The notes: generated by a model from the letters alone, not told the origin. A stretch of 64,000 nucleotides of DNA from an uncultured Acidobacteriota bacterium (GCA_963827655.1 CAWHCF010000036.1:32001-96000); one strand, 5' to 3'. Counted from the stretch's first letter, positions 21,181 through 32,287 are shown. Made by a program: numbers and translations.

Positions 21181-21232
21181 ACTTTACCGAATCTTTACAC
21201 TTAACCGGTCTTAGCCCAACGAACCCTTTACA
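21181..21232 (+). promoter_or_regulatory. Putative OmpR/CpxR-type operator-promoter, copy 1
   Basis: TTTAC-N6-TTTAC plus a third TTTAC; 42/52 ungapped identity to 24139-24190. Confidence 0.65.
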
Positions 21233-21323
21233 TTCTTTCGATCTGTAATAGACGTTTGGTGCAGTAACCACCAAGACACGAGGACAGAAAGAAACGCAAA
21301 GCTTTAATAAGGAGAAAAATTCT

Positions 21324-21848
21324 ATGAAGAAACGAAATCGGTTGGTTGTCGCGACGCTGGCAATTGGCCTGCTGGCGATTGGGTCGGGCTTGATCTGGGC
21401 GCAAACTACTTCAACCGTGGATCATCTGGCCCGGTTGAACCGCGCGCTTGCGGATGCCGGGGCCCCGGCGCTGACCACAACTCAGGAACAGCAACTCAAC
21501 GCCCTGATAACAACCGCACGGAGCAGCCGGCAGGGTCGCGGGCCTTCTGCGGAAGTTCAGGCGGCACGCACCGCATATGACAATGCGCTGCTTGCCGGCG
21601 ATACGAATACAGCGGTGGCGCAGGCCGCCATTATCGCCAGTGCTACGACTTCCGACCTGCGAGCAAGACTGGAAGCGGATGCAAACTTCGTCGTCCAGGC
21701 TCTGAACGTCCTGAAGAGTAATGGAGACCAGATCGGCGCGCTGCAAAGGAGCATCGGCAACGCGGGATTGCTGCGCCTGGTAAGCTCCCTCGCGGGCGGG
21801 CCGGGCGGGGGTTTCGGGGGCGGCCCCAGACCACGCGGCGGACGCTAA
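21324..21848 (+). CDS. Exported helical protein, possibly Spy/CpxP-like
   Basis: Signal peptide, LTTTQEQQL motif (LTxxQ), Ala-rich helices, Gly/Pro/Arg tail; adjacent to a CpxRA-like pair. Confidence 0.55.
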   Translation: MKKRNRLVVATLAIGLLAIGSGLIWAQTTSTVDHLARLNRALADAGAPALTTTQEQQLNALITTARSSRQGRGPSAEVQAARTAYDNALLAGDTNTAVAQAAIIASATTSDLRARLEADANFVVQALNVLKSNGDQIGALQRSIGNAGLLRLVSSLAGGPGGGFGGGPRPRGGR

Positions 21849-23348
21849 CTCAAGACTTGCTGGCTTGGGTTTTGATCGGCCGGCAGGGAAATAATCACTT
21901 CCAGTCCGGACGGAACACGGTTTCGGCTCTCGACGGTGCCGCCGCATGCTTCGATGCAGCTTCGGACGATCGCGAGCCCGAGACCGGTTCCGCCGGTCCG
22001 GCGGTCGCGCGAATCTTCCAGCCGATAAAAGGGAGTAAAGATCTTGTCCAGGGCGTCCTCGGGGACCCCTGGTCCCGAATCGGCCACGCTGATCCGGATC
22101 TGATGGTTTTCTCCCTGGGCCGTGATTCGGATCGGGCCCTTATCGCCGGCATAGCGCACGGCATTCCTCAGGATGTTGGCGAAGCGACCGGATCAGGTAT
22201 TCCGGGTTGGCTTGAACATGGATCGATGGATCGACCTCCACGCGAATGTCGACACCGTCGGCGGATTCCCGTCGCGCCGCCGTCCGGGCGGCGTCAGCGA
22301 CGTTGGTAGGCACGAGATTCAGCGGGTTCGGGGTCGTTTCCGCCTTGGCCAGCTGGAGCAATTCGCCGGTCAGGCGCGACATCATGTCGATGTCTTCCTT
22401 CAAGTCGTCGATATGTTTCTGCGTATCGGGATGTTTGTTTCGTTCCAGTATCCCGGTTGCCACTTGCATCCGTGCGATCGGCGAGCGGAGCTCATGGGCG
22501 ACGGCTCCCAGAAAACGCTTCCGTCCCTCGGTGAATGTTTCGAGACGTCCGGCCATCCGATTGATCGAGGCCGCAAGATGTCCCAGCTCGTCATGACGCT
22601 TTACGTTCAAGGCTACGTCGAAACGCCCTTCAGCAATGTGCGCGGTGGCGCGCATCATGTCTGCGATGGACTGAGTCAGGCGCCGAACGAGGGGCAGCCA
22701 GCACAACGCGGATATGAGGACGGCGGCCGCGGCGATTCCCAGCCACGGCGCGATCTCGAAGAAGAAGGAGTTGGTGAAAAAGGTCGGTGAAATCAGCATG
22801 AGAACGCTGCGCAAGGGTTCGCGGTCCGGTTCCTCGATGATGGGCATTCGAACGCCGACCCAGTATTTGATCTGCGCGCTTGTGACTGCGAGGAATGGGG
22901 GGCCCGGGGGCATGGATCGAAACTCGAACGGCTCCCGGCTCTTCCTGGGCCGCGGCGAAAACTCACCGCGGAAGCCATGGCCGCCCCGGCGCGGTGGAGG
23001 CGGCCCGCCGCGCGGCATCCGGACATCGACCTCAGGGGGCAAGGGCGTTGGGGGACCTGCCAGTTGCTCACCGGTATTCCGATAAAGAAGAAAAGTGACC
23101 CCGTGCTCGGACGAATAGCGCTTCAGGACTTCATCCCACTGCGACCGGTCCGTGGTCTGCAGGTCCACCGCCACGAGCGCGGTGATCGCCGTGATTCGAT
23201 GGCGCGCCTCGTCCATCAGAAAGGACTCGAATTCCGGTCTCAACTGCAGGCGCAGAAAAATAGCGAATACAATCGCGAGAATCGCCAGGTTCGCTGCCGA
23301 AAGCAGCAGGATCTTGGTCCACAGGGGAAAGCGCGGTTTCTCCTGCAT
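21845..23348 (-). CDS. Sensor histidine kinase (HAMP-HisKA-HATPase, CpxA-like), frameshift near 22190
   Basis: Two TM segments, RHDELGHLA, AHELRSPIAR, then NAVRY, DSGPGV and GGTGLGL in the next frame. Confidence 0.88.
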
Positions 23349-24088
23349 CATTCCATCTCCGGCTTCTTCATCCGGTATCCGACGGCTCGGATCGTCTCGA
23401 TGTAGCGAGGCGCTTTCGGATCGTCGCCCAGCTTCTTTCTCAGTGAAGACACATGAACATCCACGGAACGGTCAAACGATTCAAAATCGCGATCGGCCAC
23501 TTCGAGCAGCAGCTGCTCCCGTGTCTTCACCCAGCCCGCGGCGCGCGCCAGCGAGAGCAGAATGTCGTATTCGATCGGCGTCAACGACAATACCCTATCG
23601 CCGAGGGTGGCCTTTCGAGCGGAGGGGTCGATCCAAAGTTCGCCGACGGACACGGGCGCCTCGCGCGTCTCTTTCTGCTGCTGGACCGTCAGAAAGGAAC
23701 GTCGCAAGACCGCTCGCAGCCGGGCCAGAAGCTCCCGCGTCGAAAACGTTTTGGGCAGATAATCGTCCGCGCCCACCTCGAGGCCGACGATCCGGTCCGG
23801 CTCGTCTCCCAAAGCGGTCAACATCAGGACTGGAACCGATGCATGCTTCCGGATCTCGCGCAGTACGTCGAAGCCGTTCATTCCCGGAAGCATCACGTCG
23901 AGAATGACGGCGGCGTAGCCGCCTTGCAAAACCCGCTGCAGTCCCTCTGCGCCGTTGTGGACCAGATCGACCGAATAACCCAGCGGCGCGAGGTACTCGC
24001 GCAGCAGACGGCACAGCTTCACGTCATCATCGATGATGAGAAGCTGCGTCAGCGCTTCGTGTCCGCTGCTGTCAATACTCGCGCTCAT
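23348..24088 (-). CDS. OmpR-family response regulator (CpxR-like)
   Basis: IIDDD, LDVMLP, GADDYLPK, DRSVDVHVSSLRKKL and TIRAVGY. Confidence 0.95.
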   Translation of the reverse strand: MSASIDSSGHEALTQLLIIDDDVKLCRLLREYLAPLGYSVDLVHNGAEGLQRVLQGGYAAVILDVMLPGMNGFDVLREIRKHASVPVLMLTALGDEPDRIVGLEVGADDYLPKTFSTRELLARLRAVLRRSFLTVQQQKETREAPVSVGELWIDPSARKATLGDRVLSLTPIEYDILLSLARAAGWVKTREQLLLEVADRDFESFDRSVDVHVSSLRKKLGDDPKAPRYIETIRAVGYRMKKPEME

Positions 24089-24138
24089 GAAATGATCTCT
24101 GTCTCGATTATATCGACTCGTTCTGGCCGTCCGAACGG

Positions 24139-24190
24139 ACTTTACTGTTTTTTTACACTTCAGCGGACTTCAGCCAACGAACCCTTTACA
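24139..24190 (+). promoter_or_regulatory. Putative OmpR/CpxR-type operator-promoter, copy 2
   Basis: Same TTTAC-N6-TTTAC...CCAACGAACCCTTTACA arrangement as 21181-21232. Confidence 0.65.
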
Positions 24191-24296
24191 CTCTCCCGTC
24201 TGATCAGACTACAGTTTTGGAGGATGTTTTGGGATCAGAACAAGAATCAACCACTAAGACGCGAAGAAAAACTAACACTAAGAAAGGCAAACGAAC

Positions 24297-25283
24297 GTGA
24301 ACCAGACAACGGATTATCTGTTCTCGAATCGACGGCAGTTTCTTACGCGCCTGGGACTGGCCGGCATGGGCAGCCTGCTGTTTAACGAGCCCGGAGCATT
24401 TGCTCAGGAACTCGTGCGCACGCCCGATCAGACCGAGGGGCCCTATTATCCTACCAGCCTTCCTTTAGACACGGATAACGATCTACTCGTGATCAATAAC
24501 AGCATTACGCCCGCCGTAGGCCAGATCACGTATCTCAGCGGTCGTATCCTCACTCCGAGCGGGGACCCCGTCCGCAACGCGACGATGGAGATCTGGCAGG
24601 CGGACAATTCCGGTGCCTACATCCATCCTTCGAGCATCGGTTATGCGAACCGCGATCGGAATTTTCAAGGGTTCGGCCGTTTTCTGACGGGGTCGACGGG
24701 AGAGTACTTCTTCAGAACCATTAAGGCGGGGCTGTATCCCGGGCGGACGCGGCACATCCATTTCAAGGTCAAAGTGTCCGGCATGCCGGACTTGACCTCG
24801 CAGCTCTATTTCCTGGGCGAGCCGCAGAACGCTATGGACGGCATTCTGAACGGAATTCAGAATGTGCAGGCACGAAACTCGGTCGTCGTTCCATTTGTTC
24901 CGATTGAAGGCTCGACCATCGGCGCCATCGCCGCGCGGTTTGACATTGTGCTTGGGATCACTCCGAGTTCGGTTCCTGTCCTGACCCTGCTGAACACGAC
25001 CAATCTTGCACGCAACCCCGCGTTCCACGCAGGCGATAGCTGGCGGCTGGACTTGCAAGACGCTTCTCCCGCTTCGCCGGTACACCTGCGTTTCTGGAGA
25101 GACAACGTCGACCTGGGAGTGTCCGGTCCTTACGGAAGCGCTACGGACAGCAATGGCGCATGGACGCTGTCAGGCAGTTTCGGCGCGTCGGAAGTTGGAT
25201 CCTGGCAATTGCAGGCCGTGATCGGCAGCGCCACCGGGAGCGAAACGTCGGCTCCGGTCGCCCTCCGGATCTCAAACGTGTAA
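24297..25283 (+). CDS. Tat-exported intradiol ring-cleavage dioxygenase-like protein with an extra C-terminal beta domain
   Basis: NRRQFL; EGPYY, EIWQADNSGAY and YPGRTRHIHFKV (Tyr/Tyr/His/His iron ligands). Confidence 0.85.
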   Translation: MNQTTDYLFSNRRQFLTRLGLAGMGSLLFNEPGAFAQELVRTPDQTEGPYYPTSLPLDTDNDLLVINNSITPAVGQITYLSGRILTPSGDPVRNATMEIWQADNSGAYIHPSSIGYANRDRNFQGFGRFLTGSTGEYFFRTIKAGLYPGRTRHIHFKVKVSGMPDLTSQLYFLGEPQNAMDGILNGIQNVQARNSVVVPFVPIEGSTIGAIAARFDIVLGITPSSVPVLTLLNTTNLARNPAFHAGDSWRLDLQDASPASPVHLRFWRDNVDLGVSGPYGSATDSNGAWTLSGSFGASEVGSWQLQAVIGSATGSETSAPVALRISNV

Positions 25284-25342
25284 ATTGCTTCCTCGGGGGC
25301 CGCGCAAACTCCAGAGCGGGCGTCCTCAGCCTGGTCGGGCGA

Positions 25343-25909
25343 TCAAGCGGGCGGGAAGAACTCTGCCAGCGGAAGATGGAAGCCCGGCAGGACATCCTCA
25401 CCATCGAGGTCGTCGCTTTCGTGCAGAAGCCGGGCCGAGCCGCCGGCGCGATAAACGGTCGCCGTGCGCGATTCAGGCGACAGAACCCAGACTATGCGCG
25501 CGCCCGCCTCGAGCAGGTCGCGCACTCGCTGCTCGACCTCGACCACGCGATCAGAGGGCGAAATCACCTCGACCGCCAGGTCAGGAGCGCCGCGCAGGTA
25601 TTTCTTCGGGAGCTTTCCCCCTTCGAACCGTGACTCCGAAACGAACGCCACGTCGGGTCCTCGGACCCGGTCGGGATCCTGTGGAAGTTCAAGGATGCAG
25701 CCGCTTCCTACGACCACGACGCCCGCTCGGCTTCGGTCCACAAAGTCCGACAGTCTATGCGCCGTGCGGGCGACAACGTCGCCGTGAAGGAAGCCCGGCG
25801 GCGGCATCTTTATGATCTCTCCGTTGACCAGCTCGTAGCGGTGGTCCCGGTCGGAAATCTCGAAGAGATCGTCGGGCGTAGCCCGTGCCTTCGTAGCCAT
25901 GATGCGCAC
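25343..25909 (-). CDS. Uma2 family (DUF820) putative endonuclease
   Basis: YELVNG, PPGFLHG, PDVAFV, PDLAVEVISPSD and LPGFHLPL. Confidence 0.92.
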   Translation of the reverse strand: MRIMATKARATPDDLFEISDRDHRYELVNGEIIKMPPPGFLHGDVVARTAHRLSDFVDRSRAGVVVVGSGCILELPQDPDRVRGPDVAFVSESRFEGGKLPKKYLRGAPDLAVEVISPSDRVVEVEQRVRDLLEAGARIVWVLSPESRTATVYRAGGSARLLHESDDLDGEDVLPGFHLPLAEFFPPA

Positions 25910-26053
25910 CTCTGGTTCGTCGTTCGTGCCGAAGAAAACCAGATCATACCTCTATTAACGGACGGCGGTCAATTTGAGCAAGTATTTCTAGCGAGCGAGC
26001 TTCACAGGGCGGAGTGCACAAATACCACTAAGACTCAAAGACACGAAGAATTG

Positions 26054-27031
26054 CTACTTGTAGATTGGTTCGAGGGTCTCGCGGATGTACTTGCGGCAGC
26101 GGCTGAAGCTGTGGCTCGGGCTGACCGGCGTGTAGTGGTGATCAATAGTGATCCAGCCCTTGAAGCGAATCCTCCGCAGAACCCGGAGAATCGCCGGCAG
26201 GTCCACCTCGCCGTCGCCGTAATCCTGGTTGCAAAGCATGAACGTCGCCCCCTGGGTCTCGGCCTTCTCGACCTTGCCGTTGGCGAGCACCAGGTCTTTG
26301 GTGGCAAAAACGTACTTCGCGTCGACCAGGTCCATCGAAAGCAGCCGATGGGCGTACTTTTCGAACAGCCCGGTAATATCGCAGCCGCCGAGATAGAGAT
26401 GAATCGTATCCGGCGACCAATGAAAGCGTTTGGGATCGGTGAGCTTCAGCATCAGCTCGACCTCATCCTGACTCTCCACCAGCTGCCCTTGCGAGTGGTT
26501 GTGCTGTCCGGCCCGGATGCCGTAGCCGGCGCACAGGTCGCCCAGCCGATTCCAGAACTCGCAGGCGATTCGCATGTGCTCGCGCACCAGCACCTTGTTG
26601 GGCCGCCGCGGCGAGAACACGGTCAGTACGTCCGAGCCGAAGTGCTTGAGAAACTTGCAGGCTTCGTGGGCGGAAGCCTCCAGCTTCGGATGCTCGGCCG
26701 GTTCGCTGGCCTGACCGCCCCAGGACATGGTTGCCACCCGGAGATTGCGCCGGGATAGTTCCTTTTCGAGCACCGGAACCTGCATCCCGTATCGGTCGAG
26801 CGACTGTGGCCAGCCCGTGAGGCGGAAGCCGTCGAATCCGGTGTCCTTGATCACGTCGAGCATGTCGGTAAACCGAGCCGAGCCGTCTTCTTTCCACTGG
26901 GTGGAGGTCCACAGGAACATGCTCACCGACCAGAGGATATTGCGGTCGCCGGACTGCGCGGCAGCTTCGATACGGCCCCTCAGTGCCTCGAGGGCGGCTG
27001 CCATAGCTGCCAGGAATTCTCGCCTCCTCAT
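26054..27031 (-). CDS. Sugar phosphate isomerase/epimerase (IolE/xylose isomerase-like TIM barrel), Tat-like signal
   Basis: RRREFL; HNH, DTIH, GDGEVD and GWITID motifs. Confidence 0.8.
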   Translation of the reverse strand: MRRREFLAAMAAALEALRGRIEAAAQSGDRNILWSVSMFLWTSTQWKEDGSARFTDMLDVIKDTGFDGFRLTGWPQSLDRYGMQVPVLEKELSRRNLRVATMSWGGQASEPAEHPKLEASAHEACKFLKHFGSDVLTVFSPRRPNKVLVREHMRIACEFWNRLGDLCAGYGIRAGQHNHSQGQLVESQDEVELMLKLTDPKRFHWSPDTIHLYLGGCDITGLFEKYAHRLLSMDLVDAKYVFATKDLVLANGKVEKAETQGATFMLCNQDYGDGEVDLPAILRVLRRIRFKGWITIDHHYTPVSPSHSFSRCRKYIRETLEPIYK

Positions 27032-27077
27032 AGCTCGTTTCTTCGTGTCTTAGAGGTTGGTTCTTGTTCCGCCGTGC

Positions 27078-28355
27078 TCAAAAAAACGTGCGGTACAGGT
27101 CCAAGACCGAGTAGCCGTCGTCGACCACGGGAATGACGCGCCACTTGTCGATGACCGTGCACGGGTGCGAGACGCCGCAGACGACGCGGTCCCCTACGTC
27201 GAGCCGGACGCCGCCGGCGAATTCGAGAAATGCGTGCTGGTCGTTCGTGCCGGTCACGCGCGCTCCCCGAAGCGGGCGCGCGCGCTCCAGCGGCTCGCCG
27301 GGCGCGAGTGCCCAGAGCGGCTCGGGCAGCTCCATGTCGTAGGAGCAGTCGCGTTTGCCGAACGTCAGAATGGCCCAGTTCGGGTCCGGTATCGACTGGA
27401 CGTAGGACCAGAGTTCGAGCGCCGGCCGGAACTCGGGTATTGCCTCGGCACCCGAGCGCACGCGCGCCTCGGCGTGTTTCCGGATGTAGAAGCCGTGGTC
27501 ATGCGTGACGTAGCATCCGCTTCGCACCAACGGCCGGTAGGGCGCTTCGACAGCCGTGAAAGCGTCGGCGACCAGATCCATGTATGCCGAGCCGCCGGCA
27601 CTGACCAAGAGGGTCTCGCCCCCCGGCTCGGCGGCGAGCGCGCCGGCAAGCCTCAACAGTCCGGCCAGGAACTCGCGCACCTGATCCGCTTCGCTCAAGT
27701 CCTGTCCGGCCTGCGCCAGACCTTCGAAGCCCTCGACTCCCACGAACTCGAGCTCGCGCGGGTGAGCGAGAATAGCGCCGTGTACGCGCCGGCCGTCCTC
27801 GATCGAGCGGACGCCGCCGCGCCAGCCGGTTTGCCCCCATTCGACAAACACTCTCACCGGCCGTGCCAGGCCGACGGCCGCGAGATGCCGGGCCAGATAG
27901 TCGGTGCCGGCAACACTGTCCACCAGGCAATAGACTTCAAGGCGTGGATTCGACTGGAGCGCGGCGGCTATCGAGGCGATGTTGGCCTTGCCGACAAGCT
28001 GGTTCGCGATCAGCACGCGTTCGATGCCGGCGCTCGCGCATACGAGCGCCTGCGACGCATTGGCAACCGTGATTCCCCATGCGCCCCGGTCGAGCTGACG
28101 GCGGTAGATCTGCGGGCACATGGTCGTCTTCCCATGCGGGGCGAACAGGAATCCTCTGCCGGCGCACCAGCGCGCCATCGCATCCAGGTTATGGTCGAGG
28201 GCCGAGTCCTTTAACACCAGGAGCGGTAGATGGAGGTCTTCGTCGAGAAGATTCCAGCCTTGCCGGGCGGCGCTCGAGGCCGTAATCTCGACGCCGGCCG
28301 GGATGCCCTTCTCAACACTTGTGACGGTATCGGTGATTCGATTGAGGTCGATCAT
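27078..28355 (-). CDS. PLP-dependent D-amino acid deaminase/D-serine dehydratase-like protein (alanine racemase fold)
   Basis: APHGKTTM (PLP lysine), RSGCYVTHD, GKRD, NDQH and SHPCT. Confidence 0.88.
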   Translation of the reverse strand: MIDLNRITDTVTSVEKGIPAGVEITASSAARQGWNLLDEDLHLPLLVLKDSALDHNLDAMARWCAGRGFLFAPHGKTTMCPQIYRRQLDRGAWGITVANASQALVCASAGIERVLIANQLVGKANIASIAAALQSNPRLEVYCLVDSVAGTDYLARHLAAVGLARPVRVFVEWGQTGWRGGVRSIEDGRRVHGAILAHPRELEFVGVEGFEGLAQAGQDLSEADQVREFLAGLLRLAGALAAEPGGETLLVSAGGSAYMDLVADAFTAVEAPYRPLVRSGCYVTHDHGFYIRKHAEARVRSGAEAIPEFRPALELWSYVQSIPDPNWAILTFGKRDCSYDMELPEPLWALAPGEPLERARPLRGARVTGTNDQHAFLEFAGGVRLDVGDRVVCGVSHPCTVIDKWRVIPVVDDGYSVLDLYRTFF

Positions 28356-28374
28356 GATGGCGCGAGGATATCAG

Positions 28375-28411
28375 AAAAAAAAGCCCGCCGCCAACTCCAC
28401 AGGGCGAGGCT
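28375..28411 (-). terminator. Possible intrinsic terminator after the DUF1579-like gene
   Basis: Imperfect GC-rich stem followed by a T8 run on the minus strand. Confidence 0.35.
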
Positions 28412-28483
28412 GCGAGAAGCCGGATCGAGTTTTGCCCCGCGGCCACAAGGCGATGCACCCGGGGCCGAAGGCTGGCGGCGCAT

Positions 28484-29017
28484 CTACTTCTTGGTTGCCT
28501 TCCCTTCCATCATGACGTTATAAGGCCCGCCGTCCATCGAGAGCTCGAACTTCATGGTATAGGAGGTGGGAGAGAGCTCCTTCATGGAAAAGCGTCCCTT
28601 ATAGGGCTTGCCTCCCATTTTGTCTTCGTTCGTCCAGGTCCACGTGTCTCCAGAAACCGTCCCGCGAGCGGAGATCTCCGTCCCCATGCTGTCGATCATA
28701 TGAAAGGTGTAGGCCTTGTGCTCTGTACTGTACCCCATCATCGAATGGCTTTTCATCGCACCCATCGTCCCCTTCATGTCGGAGTGGCTCACGACAAAGA
28801 ACCCGCCGGGGAACCACTCGATCGTCTCGGTCCCGGTAAACTTTCCACCCGGGGTGAACGGGTTCGGCTTCTCGTCCCCCTCGAAGCTCCACTTCCCGAC
28901 AAAGTATTCGAGCCGCTTGTGCTCGGGCCCAGGCTTAGGCGGGCCGGAAGGCGCCTGCGCCAGGATGGGGGCAGCGATGAGAACGCACACAACAATTGCC
29001 ACGACGATTCTCTTCAT
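28484..29017 (-). CDS. DUF1579-like exported lipocalin-type protein
   Basis: Signal peptide; PKPGPEHKRLEYFVGKW, GY and DSMG motifs. Confidence 0.8.
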   Translation of the reverse strand: MKRIVVAIVVCVLIAAPILAQAPSGPPKPGPEHKRLEYFVGKWSFEGDEKPNPFTPGGKFTGTETIEWFPGGFFVVSHSDMKGTMGAMKSHSMMGYSTEHKAYTFHMIDSMGTEISARGTVSGDTWTWTNEDKMGGKPYKGRFSMKELSPTSYTMKFELSMDGGPYNVMMEGKATKK

Positions 29018-29167
29018 TTGACTCTCCTCCTTTGTGACGGTGTGCCGGTCATTCTATTCCAGACCAGGCCGGAAGCAAGCGATAAGCTGTGGCGAACGAG
29101 CCGGAATTCCCACTTGCTCGCCGATTGACATGAGCGGTTGAAAGCCCGCGTCGCAGCCACCCGTTCG

Positions 29168-32100
29168 TCAAGTGGCAGCACACCGGCGAATCGCAGGGAT
29201 TAACGCTCGCTGCATTTCCGCTGCCGATGTGAAGCGATCCTTGGCACTTTTCGCGAGACATTTTTGGAGTACTTCGTCCAGCGCGACCGCATCCGGCGCG
29301 CGGCTCCCGAGGTGAAACGACTGGTGCAGAATCGAAGTCAATAACTCAGCGTAGGTCCTCCCTGCGAAAGGCCTTTTCCCGGTGAGCGCTTCAACTGCGA
29401 ATACGCCGATTGAGAAAAGGTCACTGCGCTCATCAACGGCCGCCCCGGTCAGTTGTTCGGGCGACATGTACGCTAACGTGCCCATCACTGTGCCGGGCGT
29501 CGTCATTGGTGCCGCTTGAGTTATCGACTCCTCCGCGCCATGTTGAGTAATTTTCGCCAGCCCGAAGTCCAGCACTTTAACGACCCTCTGTCCCTTCTCT
29601 CCTTCTGCAATGAATATATTGTCAGGCTTTAGATCGCGATGGACGATGCCGGCCCGGTGTGCCGCTTCGACGGCTCCAAGCGTCTGATCTAACCAATCGG
29701 CCGCGACCTGCGGAGAAAGACTCTGCTCCCGTTTGAGAATGGAGCCGAGCGTTTCGCCCCGCACGAGTTCCATCACAAGGTAGGCACCCTCGGTCTTGAG
29801 CACCCCGTAGTCGTAGACCGTGATGATGTGCGGATGGCTGAGCCCCGCCGCCGCCTGCGCTTCGCGCTCAAATCGCCGCAGCGCTTCGCTGTTGCCAAAC
29901 GAGGTACCAGCCAGGATCTTTACTGCGACCTTGCGATACAGCCGCGTGTCGGTCGCTTCGTACACGGCGCCCATCCCGCCACGCCCTACCAGCCGGTCCA
30001 AGCTATACCGATCTTCAATGGTCCGCTCCACCGGCAGCGAAAGCGTCAGTTCGCTCTGATCCTCGGTGCAGAATTGCACGGAGTTGTCAAAGCAGGCGCC
30101 GCACGTCGGACACTCTCTGAGCAGGTTAATGTCCTGTTTTTCGATTCGGGCCAGCACCTCGGTCTTGATCTTTTGCTCGTGCGCGACGCGCTCTTTGAGC
30201 TGGACATTCTCGTAGATGACGGCGATCTGGCTGGCGACGGCCTCTAACAATTGGCGGTCAGTGGCCGTGTATGGAATCTCTGATCTCTTGTCGCCGAGCA
30301 GGAACAGTCCACTCAATCGTCCGCCGGTGCTGATGACCGGCACGATCAGATTAGTTCCGAGCCCGGCGAGCCATGCTTTCTCGACCAAGGGGAGGTTGTT
30401 TTTCGGCGGAAAATCTACCGCGCGGGCCTGCGTCTCCATGAAACGGAGCAACCGGAATTCCGCCGGGATGCGCAAATCGTGCGGCGCGGACACGCCGGAA
30501 CTGTAACCGAGCGAGAGATCATGCCTCTCTTGCGCCCGGTAGAAAAGATAGAGGCGCTCGAGATGCAAAGCCCGTTCGACCTGATCGCTAACGTGTTTGG
30601 ACATTTCCTGAAGCGAGTCCAGATGCTTGAGGTCGTCGATCAATTCGCGCAGGATCTTCTCCTGATGGTAAGCCTCGCGGAAGAACTTGCGATCAACCCA
30701 TTCGCTCAATCGGCGGCGGAAGATCAAGACGAAGGCAGCGATGAGCAGAAAATAAAAGTATATGGAATTTTGAAAGAGTATCTCAGAAAGAGTCCGGTTT
30801 GGGTTGGCGAAGACTGTCACAAGGAGTCCGAGGATGGGGAGCGCCAGAATGATCCGCAACGCGTTCTTGGCGAGCAGGTACTTCACGCTGCGGCGGATGA
30901 TGAAACTTACCGGGATGACCTGATGGCGCGCGATGGCGTAGGCGAACGACAGCGGGAATAACAGGAGTGTCATCAACACGGCGGCGATGACTGCCAGCCA
31001 GAGCGGGGTGAGCAGGCCGGGCGACGGCTTGACGATGACGACCAAAATCCTAAACAAGCTGCCGGGTATGAATGCCGCCATGGTGACGACGAGGATAAGG
31101 CGCAGCTTGCGCCGGGACACCTGGTTGCCCTTTCGATAACTGACCAAGAGCGACAGAACCGCAACCAGTAAGAAAATGGCGACGAGGGCGACAGTGACAG
31201 TCAAGAGCCATTGAAAATCTCCCAAAACACTGGAGATCCGCTCCGGCGCCGTAGCCAGTCGAAAGGCGGCGATCGCGAGGAAGGGGTATGCCGTCAACAG
31301 AAACAGTGGGTAAAGGTAATACTCCAATCGAGGGAACCGGACCAGCAGTGGGGAACGCTCCGGGAAGACAAGGAAGAAGTGTAGGACAACCGGCCCCATA
31401 CCGAACCCGACGAGGAGAGCGGCAGCCATGATCCCGGCCAACCACCACGGTAAATCCTTAACCAACAGTGAGAACGGAGGCCACCCCCCCACGAAGAGCG
31501 CGCCGAGCATGAGCGCCAGGAGCAAAGCCCGCTTGTCATCGCGCTTTAAGAGGAAAATTGCCAATCCAATTACCAGCCAAGTAGCCGGAAGTACCGGCTG
31601 AAGGAGGAAGAAAAGGGTTCGAATCCCGAGGTGGTAAGACGCCGTGCGGAGTGCAAGCTGCTCTATCCGGCCGTCGCGCCGGACGACTATCGTGTATGCG
31701 GTGCCCGGCGGGAGGCGCGCGAAGGTCTCGAAATAGTGACGAAAGTTTTCGAGCTTCTGACCGTCGAGCACCACCACCTCATCGCCGTCACGCAGCGCCG
31801 ACACGTCTGCACCGGAAACGCCGGCATACGTCCGCACACGACCATCGGGATACACGAGCCAGCCGGGATCCCCCGCATTACTGAAATATGAAAAGCTATG
31901 GTAGCTGTTTACTCCGATGCCAACAGACATCAGAGCGAAGAAGAGTCCGACGAGGATGATCCGTCGCCGCCCGGTCGAGCAGGCCTTCGTATCGTGTTTT
32001 ACGTCATTTCCCGAAGCGACACGTGTGCGAGGCGGCAGGGTTGGAGTAGCTGAGAAATCGTCTCCCCTGTTTAGAGTACCCCCGATCAATTGCGCCACCG

Positions 32101-32287
32101 CCTGTTGCGCCGGCACGTTGACGAAGCTGCCTGTCTTTTCGTATGCCACCAGGAGTGACTCGACTTCCTCCTGTAACGACTTATCATCCGCACAGGCTCC
32201 TTCCAGATAAGCTGCGCGGGCGCCCACCTCCAGCCCCACGGCCGACTGAAAGATCACCTCGATCTGCTGCCATCGGTCATCTTTCAT
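29168..32287 (-). CDS. Membrane Ser/Thr kinase: N-terminal helical leader, PDZ-like, multi-TM, GAF, Cys cluster, kinase
   Basis: [24 protein letters not shown] and GTLAYMSPE; [11 protein letters not shown]-like segment; CPTC...C cluster. Confidence 0.9.
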   Translation of the reverse strand: MKDDRWQQIEVIFQSAVGLEVGARAAYLEGACADDKSLQEEVESLLVAYEKTGSFVNVPAQQAVAQLIGGTLNRGDDFSATPTLPPRTRVASGNDVKHDTKACSTGRRRIILVGLFFALMSVGIGVNSYHSFSYFSNAGDPGWLVYPDGRVRTYAGVSGADVSALRDGDEVVVLDGQKLENFRHYFETFARLPPGTAYTIVVRRDGRIEQLALRTASYHLGIRTLFFLLQPVLPATWLVIGLAIFLLKRDDKRALLLALMLGALFVGGWPPFSLLVKDLPWWLAGIMAAALLVGFGMGPVVLHFFLVFPERSPLLVRFPRLEYYLYPLFLLTAYPFLAIAAFRLATAPERISSVLGDFQWLLTVTVALVAIFLLVAVLSLLVSYRKGNQVSRRKLRLILVVTMAAFIPGSLFRILVVIVKPSPGLLTPLWLAVIAAVLMTLLLFPLSFAYAIARHQVIPVSFIIRRSVKYLLAKNALRIILALPILGLLVTVFANPNRTLSEILFQNSIYFYFLLIAAFVLIFRRRLSEWVDRKFFREAYHQEKILRELIDDLKHLDSLQEMSKHVSDQVERALHLERLYLFYRAQERHDLSLGYSSGVSAPHDLRIPAEFRLLRFMETQARAVDFPPKNNLPLVEKAWLAGLGTNLIVPVISTGGRLSGLFLLGDKRSEIPYTATDRQLLEAVASQIAVIYENVQLKERVAHEQKIKTEVLARIEKQDINLLRECPTCGACFDNSVQFCTEDQSELTLSLPVERTIEDRYSLDRLVGRGGMGAVYEATDTRLYRKVAVKILAGTSFGNSEALRRFEREAQAAAGLSHPHIITVYDYGVLKTEGAYLVMELVRGETLGSILKREQSLSPQVAADWLDQTLGAVEAAHRAGIVHRDLKPDNIFIAEGEKGQRVVKVLDFGLAKITQHGAEESITQAAPMTTPGTVMGTLAYMSPEQLTGAAVDERSDLFSIGVFAVEALTGKRPFAGRTYAELLTSILHQSFHLGSRAPDAVALDEVLQKCLAKSAKDRFTSAAEMQRALIPAIRRCAAT

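Noticed and set aside
25343-25909. Uma2 nuclease as part of a defence island or as the mobiliser of the repeats
   Set aside because: Solo Uma2 genes are common in such genomes, and there are no partner genes or flanking element ends.
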